64,000 nt of DNA from NCBI GenBank assembly GCA_902764545.1, contig CACWWC010000005.1, forward strand, positions 192 to 64,191, in the 5' to 3' direction. Positions 57,838-64,000 of the stretch are shown here, piece by piece. This DNA comes from an uncultured Erysipelotrichaceae bacterium. Lineage in GTDB: Bacteria; Bacillota_I; Bacilli_A; RF39; UBA660. Below the pieces are notes generated by a model that was not told where the DNA came from, did not search any database, and saw only the letters and a list, made by a program, of their open reading frames with translations. The first letter of the stretch is position 1. Every line of letters starts with the position of its first letter. The position numbers and the translations under genes were made by a program.

Positions 57838-57990
57838 TTCAGGGGGAAATCTTAATATCAGTTCGTAACAATTTAGTAATAGACCAAAGTCTTATAAAAT
57901 AAGACTTTTTAATTTTCTTAAATTTACTAAAGTTTATTAAAATAACTTTATTTTTTGCAATTAGTATCTGGATTTGGTATCTGAAAAACA
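57806..57990 (-). ncRNA. Candidate small RNA bounded by two terminators
   Basis: The region between the ABC-operon terminator and the orphan terminator has no credible ORF. It contains a 9-bp hairpin (57886-57908) and a single-stranded CCCCCUGAAGA motif abutting the terminator. The 5' end is unknown. Confidence 0.3.
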
Positions 57991-58060
57991 AAAATGACAC
58001 TATGACAATTTGTAAATACCTCACAAGTACTTATTATGTCATAGTGTCATATATCATTTA
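57990..58060 (-). terminator. Terminator of the ABC transporter operon
   Basis: 13-bp stem ATGACACTATGAC/GTCATAGTGTCAT (58004-58016 and 58048-58060) with a 31-nt loop, followed on the minus strand by UUUUUGUUUUU. Confidence 0.55.
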
Positions 58061-58086
58061 ATTTTACTTTTAAAAATATATTTTAA

Positions 58087-60429
58087 TTATTCACCTATTA
58101 ATAAATTATATGGTTCTATTTTTCTAATTTTTAATGACATTAAAATTGTAGAAATAACAGATATACTAATTATAAATAAAGCAGATATTATTGATAAATC
58201 CATAGGTATAACCATTGTACATTTCATTATACCAAATGGTCTCATATTAAATCCAATATATGGATTTGTAATAAAGTAAGAAATGATTGTACCAATTAAT
58301 GTAGCAATTATTATTATTGGCATAAACGCTAAGACATTTTGAATTACTAAATCTGTTGTTTTGTATCCTAGCGCTTTTAAAATACCATATTCATATCTTC
58401 TATCATATATCATTGATTTCATAAGTAGATATAATACTAACACTATAATACATCCAGATATAATAGAAATTACTATTACCATTAAGTTAGCAATGCCAAC
58501 AAAAGTAGACAATTGGCTTTTTATTAATTCTTGAAAATCTACTGTAGTAATTATTTTATCACCATACTTTGCATTATATTTATCAATTATTTTACTTGCT
58601 TTTAAATTAGAATCAAAATAATATACTGAACTAACTTCATCAATATTAATTAATTGTTTAGCTCCATCATATGATAATATTGCTTCACGTCCCGAATTAT
58701 TTGTAGTTTGAATAAAACCAGTTATTAAATATGAGTATTTTTTATTACCAACTTGATATTCTATTTCATCACCGATATTATATCCATTTTCTTTAGCATA
58801 TTTACCTGATATAGCAACTTCATTATCATGTTTAGGATGTCTTCCTTTATAACAATTATCTTTATTGTTAATTTTAGAAGTATCTTCTAATATATAAACT
58901 ACAAATGGTGAAAAATCTTTATCATGCATCATATAACTAGTTAGATATTTAAAATCCTTAATATCTTTATCATTTTTTAAATCATTTACAAACTCTTCTT
59001 TTATATCATTATCTACTGAAACTATGCCATCAGCTATTTCAAATGTTAATAAAGAAAGTTTTGGTTCTCTACTAAAGTTTTGATACATAGTTACTGAAGC
59101 AACCATTAAGAAACATAAGAATATTATAGTTATGAAACTAATTATATTTTGCTTAATATTTTTAAACATGTTTTTTAAAGATAAACTGGTATTAATAGAT
59201 AATTTTGATTTATCTAGTTGAATATGATTTTTCTTAAAATTATGATTTTCAATTCCATCTCTTAATGCGATAATTGGTTCTATTTTTTTTATTTTTCTAA
59301 TTGATATCATTACAACAAATAATACAAATAAGCTAATAACAATTAAAGTAATTAATGTTGAGGCTATATTAAATTTTAGATTATATGGAATACCAGATTG
59401 TGCAATTAACATATTAGTTATTATTGGCATAAATAAGTATCCACATATAATACCTAAAACTAAACCTATTATTGTTAATATTCCAAATTGAAATAATAAT
59501 GATTTTTTTAAATCTTTTGTTGTATACCCCATAGCTTTTAAAGCACCTAAATTTTTCATATTTTCTTTAATATAATTTGAAATATTATTAAAGATCATAA
59601 GCATAACTATTCCAATAATAATTATTACTGTCATAAAAAATGAGGCAAAGAATATCATTGAAAGAAATGTTCTTGATTCTATTGTTGTATTTAATGGTGC
59701 TACTATTGTTTCAATATTTTTATCAATAAATATTTCTCTTACAATCTTATTTGATTCTTTTAATATAGATGTATCTTTAAAATTTTCTTTATAATTAATA
59801 TATAAAGTAAATGATTTTGAAGTTGGATTATCATTTTCAATTTTAGCATAATCTTCATCACTTATAAGCATATGATATTGATTCATGTTATATGATCCAC
59901 CATAAATAGTATTAATATATCCTTTTACTTTAAAACTATATGTATTTGTTGGAAATTTTATTTCGTAAGTATCCCCTATATTTATACCTCCTCCAGTATG
60001 GATATGGTAAGGTATATAAATATAGTTATCTATAATGCTTGTATCTTCTTCAATTATTTCTATTTTAGATATATTTCTATTTAAAGCCTCACTTTTAATA
60101 AAATTAACGTATGGAGTAACTTCTCCTTCATTAAATTTTATTGATGTTTGAACAAATAAACCTTCAGTATATAAATAATCAGAAACACTATCTGGAATAA
60201 TACTATCAATATATTCTTTGGTAATATTGCCTGCATTACCTGATGAATATATTGCAGCATCTGATGCATTTAATCTTTCAGCTTCTTTATACGAACTTTT
60301 TTGAAAATCAAAAACTAATAAGCATGATACACAAAGAAAGATTGCACCTATAAGTATTAACAAAGCAATACAAATAGATAGTCCTTTATTCTTTCTTAAA
60401 TTAGATTTAGCTAGTAATATACTTTTCAT
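58087..60429 (-). CDS. ABC transporter permease, FtsX/MacB-BceB type (10 TM)
   Basis: 780 aa with two FtsX-like 4-TM modules and large extracellular domains. It is coupled to the ATPase gene (stop/start 2 nt apart). Confidence 0.85.
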   Translation of the reverse strand: MKSILLAKSNLRKNKGLSICIALLILIGAIFLCVSCLLVFDFQKSSYKEAERLNASDAAIYSSGNAGNITKEYIDSIIPDSVSDYLYTEGLFVQTSIKFNEGEVTPYVNFIKSEALNRNISKIEIIEEDTSIIDNYIYIPYHIHTGGGINIGDTYEIKFPTNTYSFKVKGYINTIYGGSYNMNQYHMLISDEDYAKIENDNPTSKSFTLYINYKENFKDTSILKESNKIVREIFIDKNIETIVAPLNTTIESRTFLSMIFFASFFMTVIIIIGIVMLMIFNNISNYIKENMKNLGALKAMGYTTKDLKKSLLFQFGILTIIGLVLGIICGYLFMPIITNMLIAQSGIPYNLKFNIASTLITLIVISLFVLFVVMISIRKIKKIEPIIALRDGIENHNFKKNHIQLDKSKLSINTSLSLKNMFKNIKQNIISFITIIFLCFLMVASVTMYQNFSREPKLSLLTFEIADGIVSVDNDIKEEFVNDLKNDKDIKDFKYLTSYMMHDKDFSPFVVYILEDTSKINNKDNCYKGRHPKHDNEVAISGKYAKENGYNIGDEIEYQVGNKKYSYLITGFIQTTNNSGREAILSYDGAKQLINIDEVSSVYYFDSNLKASKIIDKYNAKYGDKIITTVDFQELIKSQLSTFVGIANLMVIVISIISGCIIVLVLYLLMKSMIYDRRYEYGILKALGYKTTDLVIQNVLAFMPIIIIATLIGTIISYFITNPYIGFNMRPFGIMKCTMVIPMDLSIISALFIISISVISTILMSLKIRKIEPYNLLIGE

Positions 60430-60430
60430 A

Positions 60431-61186
60431 TTACCACCCCATCTTAATTAAGAAGTCAGATAATTTTTGATGACGTTCTTTATCATTTGGAATATATTTT
60501 CCTAAATTACATTCACCAACTATTTCACCATCTTTTAGGTAAATAATTCTATTTCCTCTTCTTGCACTTTTAATATCATGTGTAACCATAACAATAGATT
60601 GTCCTTTGTTATTAAATTCTGTTAGAGTATCTAAAACATCTTTTCCAGTTTTAGAGTTAAGTGCTCCTGTTGGTTCATCTGCAAAAACAAGTTTAGGATT
60701 ATTAATTAAAGCTCTTGCTATTCCTACTCTTTGAGCTTCTCCACCAGATAATTGTGTTGGAAATTTAGTCCATAATTCTTCTTTTATATCTACTTTCTTT
60801 AATATTTCTTTAGCATTCTTTACTACTTCTTTTTTATTATTATTAACAAGAAGTCCTGATACTAACACATTATCAAGTACACTCATAGAATCTATTAAAT
60901 AAGTCTGTTGAAATACAAATCCACAGTTTTTTCTTCTAAATTGAGCTAATTTATCAATAGTCATTTTAGTTATTTCTTTATTATTAAATGATATTTGACC
61001 TAATGTAGGTTTATCCATACCTGATAGTGTATATAAAAGTGTCGATTTACCTGCTCCTGATGCTCCCATTATAATTGTATAATCACCTTCATATATTTCT
61101 AAATCTATATTTTTAAGTACATGTTGTTGTAATCCACCATTTGAAAATGTTTTACATAATTTTTTTGTTTCTATTATATTTCCCAT
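60431..61186 (-). CDS. ABC transporter ATP-binding protein (BceA/MacB-type)
   Basis: Walker A GASGAGKSTLL, signature LSGGEAQRV, Walker B LVFADEPT. An AGGGAGAGAG RBS favours a start at MGNIIE (61186) rather than 61213. Confidence 0.9.
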   Translation of the reverse strand: MGNIIETKKLCKTFSNGGLQQHVLKNIDLEIYEGDYTIIMGASGAGKSTLLYTLSGMDKPTLGQISFNNKEITKMTIDKLAQFRRKNCGFVFQQTYLIDSMSVLDNVLVSGLLVNNNKKEVVKNAKEILKKVDIKEELWTKFPTQLSGGEAQRVGIARALINNPKLVFADEPTGALNSKTGKDVLDTLTEFNNKGQSIVMVTHDIKSARRGNRIIYLKDGEIVGECNLGKYIPNDKERHQKLSDFLIKMGW

Positions 61187-61261
61187 AAAACTCTCTCCCT
61201 TTACAACATACATAGTACGCTATTTTTTCTTAAATAACTTTAATTAATTCTTAAATATTTC

Positions 61262-62512
61262 TTAAATAATACGAATATAAATAGTTACAATAAACCCTGG
61301 ATTAGCATTACTAAGCTCTAATTTACCATTCATATTATCCATAAAATAATTAGCTAGATGAAGTCCTAATCCTGCGCCATCTTTGTCTTTTACATCTCTT
61401 CCTCTTTTATATTTTTCTTTTAATAAAGGTAAATCTAATTCATTTACTCCATTACCATAATCTCTAAAACTAATAATTAAGTATTCTTCTTCTTTTTCTA
61501 TATTAATATCTATCTTTGTATTAGCATATTTATATGAATTATTAATTATATTATCTAATGTTTGTTGCATACGTATTTTATCTATATAAATATTACAATT
61601 AGGAACCTTATAATCATTTAGTTTATTTAGATAGTCAGCATTTTTAATTAAATTATTTAAAATATCAGAACTATAATTAGAAGGATTTACATCAATCTCT
61701 GTTATATCATTAATACTAGAATTAAATAAATTATCTACTAATATTTTTATTTGATCTGTTTTTATATTTATTTGATTAAAATAATTTTTAATATCTTTAT
61801 CTTTTGTTTTTTCATAACCTATTTCTGATGTTGATTTAATAGAAGCAATTGGTGTTTTTATATCATGAGATAATTTAGATACCATTTCTTTTTTAGCATC
61901 ATTTGCATTTTTTTCATTTATTCTAGCTTTTTTTAGTTCACTTCTCATTAAATCAAATGCTTCAGTAAATCCTCCAAATACATGTTTTTTATCCATATAT
62001 AATGGAATATCTAAATTACCATCTGCTACTCTTACTGCAAATTTATTTAGATCATTAAATGGTTTTATAATATTTCTATTTATATATATTGAATATATTA
62101 TTAATAAAAGTATTTGAATTATAAACATTATAAATACAGTAATAAATATATAATTCTTATAATTATTTATTAATTCATTAGTATTATTTTTTATAAGTAT
62201 TTTACCTACTACTATATCATTAATTTTTAAATCAAGAATAATGTCATTATTCTTAATTGCATCATTTAAAGAATTAGATTCAGATTGTTTTGTCTTATAT
62301 ATTAATTTATCATTAGTATCAATTATTGAATAATCTAATATTTTACAATAATTATCTTCATCATTATAATTTTCCTCTACTTCTTTTACACATTCATTTA
62401 CTTTTACTATATCTTGGTTAACGCTTTCTATTCTTTCACATAAAAATGTACATATAAATATTTCCATAAGAAAAGTAAAAATAAATAAGATTATAATTGT
62501 TTTTCTTCTCAT
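61262..62512 (-). CDS. Sensor histidine kinase
   Basis: Two TM helices, a HAMP-like linker, H-box SHDIKTPI, and G-box GAGLGLHLA. Confidence 0.85.
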   Translation of the reverse strand: MRRKTIIILFIFTFLMEIFICTFLCERIESVNQDIVKVNECVKEVEENYNDEDNYCKILDYSIIDTNDKLIYKTKQSESNSLNDAIKNNDIILDLKINDIVVGKILIKNNTNELINNYKNYIFITVFIMFIIQILLLIIYSIYINRNIIKPFNDLNKFAVRVADGNLDIPLYMDKKHVFGGFTEAFDLMRSELKKARINEKNANDAKKEMVSKLSHDIKTPIASIKSTSEIGYEKTKDKDIKNYFNQINIKTDQIKILVDNLFNSSINDITEIDVNPSNYSSDILNNLIKNADYLNKLNDYKVPNCNIYIDKIRMQQTLDNIINNSYKYANTKIDINIEKEEEYLIISFRDYGNGVNELDLPLLKEKYKRGRDVKDKDGAGLGLHLANYFMDNMNGKLELSNANPGFIVTIYIRII

Positions 62513-63189
62513 TTACTTTCACCTTCAAACTTATATCCTTCTTTCCAAACGGTAGTAATATATTTTGGATTATTTGGATCTATTTCAATTGCTTCCCTTA
62601 TTTTTCTTATGTGAACATTAAGTGTTCCATCTCCTGTAAACTTATCTTGCCAAACATTATCAAATAGTTCATCTTTTGTAACTAATCTATTTGAATTATT
62701 TATTAAATATGTTAATAATTTATATTCTAAACTAGTTAGTTTAACTAAATTATCTTTTAAATATACTTCTTTATTTTGAAAGTCAACTCTTAAATTACCA
62801 TCATTAAATTCTTTTAGGTCTTCCTTTTTAAATCTTTTTAACATTACTTTTACTTTCGCAAGTAAAACTCCAAGTGAATATGGTTTTTCTATATAATCAT
62901 CCCCACCTATATTTAAAGCAATTATTTTATCATCATCTGTATTTCTTGCTGATATAAATAAAATAGGAATATCTTTTTCTTTACGTAATTGCTTACATAA
63001 ATCAAAACCCGATCCATCTTGTAGATTAATATCTAAAAGTATTAGTGATGCATCATTACTTTCAAAAAAAGCATTACACTCACTTTTACTATAACAGGCA
63101 TATGTATTAATGTTAAACATATTTAAATATTCACAAGTATTATCCGCAAGTTCTTTTTCATCATCTACTATTAGACAATCATATTTCAT
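62509..63189 (-). CDS. OmpR-family response regulator
   Basis: Receiver LIVDDE...LILLDINLQDGSG and a winged-helix LTSLEYKLLTYL...YITTVWKEGYKF. Confidence 0.9.
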   Translation of the reverse strand: MKYDCLIVDDEKELADNTCEYLNMFNINTYACYSKSECNAFFESNDASLILLDINLQDGSGFDLCKQLRKEKDIPILFISARNTDDDKIIALNIGGDDYIEKPYSLGVLLAKVKVMLKRFKKEDLKEFNDGNLRVDFQNKEVYLKDNLVKLTSLEYKLLTYLINNSNRLVTKDELFDNVWQDKFTGDGTLNVHIRKIREAIEIDPNNPKYITTVWKEGYKFEGESK

Positions 63190-63768
63190 AGAATCACTCC
63201 CTTAAAATTACATTTTTTTATTAATACATTACTAACAGCAATTACTGTGCAAGAATAAATTAATACAAATAATGAATCAGAAAAATTTAATAATTTCAAT
63301 TCATTTGCATATAGAATACTGTTTAGAACAAAATGAAAAACTATACTAATAATAAGAAAACTAATATTCTTTTTTTGAAAGAAATAAAATCTAAATAAGT
63401 TAAACAAAGAAGTGCAACTAATGATATCAATCGAGATATAATTAATAGTAATCCACTACCAAAACTAGATATTAGAACAATTGAACTTCCTATATCAAAA
63501 ACTGTATGAAATATTCCTCTACTGAGACCAAACCATTTTGTTAAAAATTTATTATGATCTTTTTTTTATACATTTTTCATTACAAAATAATAACCGCATC
63601 CTTCAGAAATTGCTTGTATAATTCCAACAATGATGCATAAAACAATCAAATGATTATTAAAAATTGTTTTTAATGGCGAATATATCAATATTGCTTGTAT
63701 AGGTTGTGGTAATAACAATCCAAACGTTACTAAACTAATAACTCCTAAAAAAAGTATTTTTTATTCAT
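63186..63768 (-). pseudogene. Disrupted polytopic membrane protein gene (CPBP/Abi-like?) in three reading-frame pieces
   Basis: An AAGGTG RBS and ATG at 63768 are followed by a stop after 7 codons at a T7 run. The hydrophobic reading continues in other frames across A8 and A7 runs. The last piece (track ORF 63186..63407) overlaps the response-regulator start by 4 nt. Confidence 0.35.
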
Positions 63769-63915
63769 TTTTATCACACCTTATAACCATTATAACATAT
63801 TATCCTTAAAACTTATCTCACTTTAAAAAATAGAAATAAATTTGGTTTGGATAGGTAGCTAGATGAATAAAACTCTATATAAATATTAAAATTTTGTTTT
63901 TTTATAAAATAAGAC

Positions 63916-63944
63916 AAAAAAAATGATAGGCCATAAGGCCTATC
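63916..63944 (-). terminator. Intrinsic terminator preceded by the same CCCCCUGAAGA motif as at 57836-57846
   Basis: Minus-strand stem GATAGGCC-UUAU-GGCCUAUC followed by A plus U8. The transcript it terminates starts beyond the window edge. Confidence 0.7.
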
Positions 63945-64000
63945 TTCAGGGGGCGCACATTAGATCCTCCACTGTATTTTTTGATTTTCCATAATTCGTT

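Noticed and set aside
57839-58024. A 61-aa minus-strand ORF in the intergenic region between the ABC operon and the kinase gene.
   Set aside because: Its start lies inside the loop of the upstream operon's terminator hairpin, and it runs to the foot of the next terminator (its stop codon overlaps the CCCCCUGAAGA motif). It has no RBS and a junk-like Ile/Lys/Phe composition. The region is better explained as non-coding (see the sRNA finding).
58087-63189. The two-component system plus ABC transporter as something novel.
   Set aside because: The architecture (OmpR-type response regulator, intramembrane-sensing-type kinase, BceA-like ATPase and 10-TM FtsX-type permease) is the common Bce-like antimicrobial-peptide detoxification module of Firmicutes. 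Only the somewhat long permease (780 aa) is slightly unusual.
63946-63970. A GGAGG RBS followed 5 nt later by the mini-ORF ATG-TGC-GCC-CCC-TGA (MCAP), overlapping the C-rich motif. It could be a leader peptide.
   Set aside because: The other copy of the motif (57836-57846) has no ATG or RBS in the equivalent position. A 4-codon ORF next to a terminator is more likely coincidental. I cannot evaluate it further because the element runs off the window.
1-64000. An alternative genetic code (Mollicutes-type UGA=Trp), considered because of the very low GC content and Mollicutes-like protein composition.
   Set aside because: Long uninterrupted ORFs are obtained with the standard code. TGA serves as the stop in the ATGA overlap at 10737-10740, and Trp positions in conserved motifs are encoded by TGG. 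Code 11 fits.
1-64000. CRISPR arrays, rRNA or tRNA genes, and IS elements or transposases.
   Set aside because: Scanning by eye showed no regularly spaced direct repeats, no GC-rich structured RNA-like segments, and no transposase-like ORFs or terminal inverted repeats. The only tandem repeat found is the 27-bp in-frame coding repeat at 3942-4000.

Overview
The window is AT-rich (by eye under 30% GC) and almost entirely coding. Nearly all genes lie on the minus strand. It uses the standard bacterial code: TGA acts as a stop in an ATGA overlap and TGG encodes Trp. Gene content and order at 30.4-38.6 kb (greA, two U32 peptidase genes, yrrM-type O-methyltransferase, mltG, DUF1292, ruvX, ireB) copy the Bacillus subtilis yrr region. 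Desulfoferrodoxin and TspO are also present. Together these point to an anaerobic low-GC Bacillota or Mollicutes-related bacterium.

The dominant feature is a roughly 26.4 kb, 24-gene, same-strand array (2087-28491) with hairpin terminators on both sides. It joins two machineries:
- A Gram-positive-type type IV secretion/conjugation set: VirD4-like coupling protein, a VirB4 split into two coupled ORFs, a VirB3/TcpE-like protein, a VirB6-like protein, two VirB2-like hairpin proteins and a multidomain cell-wall hydrolase.
- A Tad/Flp-type pilus set lacking only a prepilin peptidase: CpaB, TadA/CpaF, TadB, TadC, a 49-codon pilin-like ORF missing from the ORF track, two pseudopilin-like paralogues and a TadZ/CpaE-like protein.

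The array also carries a 909-aa cysteine-rich secreted protein, a sortase-B-like gene and paralogous surface proteins at both ends. I see no relaxase, integrase, replication gene, tRNA or att-like repeat in the window.

The rest of the window is housekeeping and accessory genes: a serpin, a hybrid histidine kinase, an acyl-AMP ligase, hsp20 with a CIRCE-like operator, an SLT transglycosylase, a zeta-toxin-like kinase and a Bce-type two-component/ABC module. No rRNA, tRNA or CRISPR array was seen.

All family calls come from motif recognition by eye. No searches were run.
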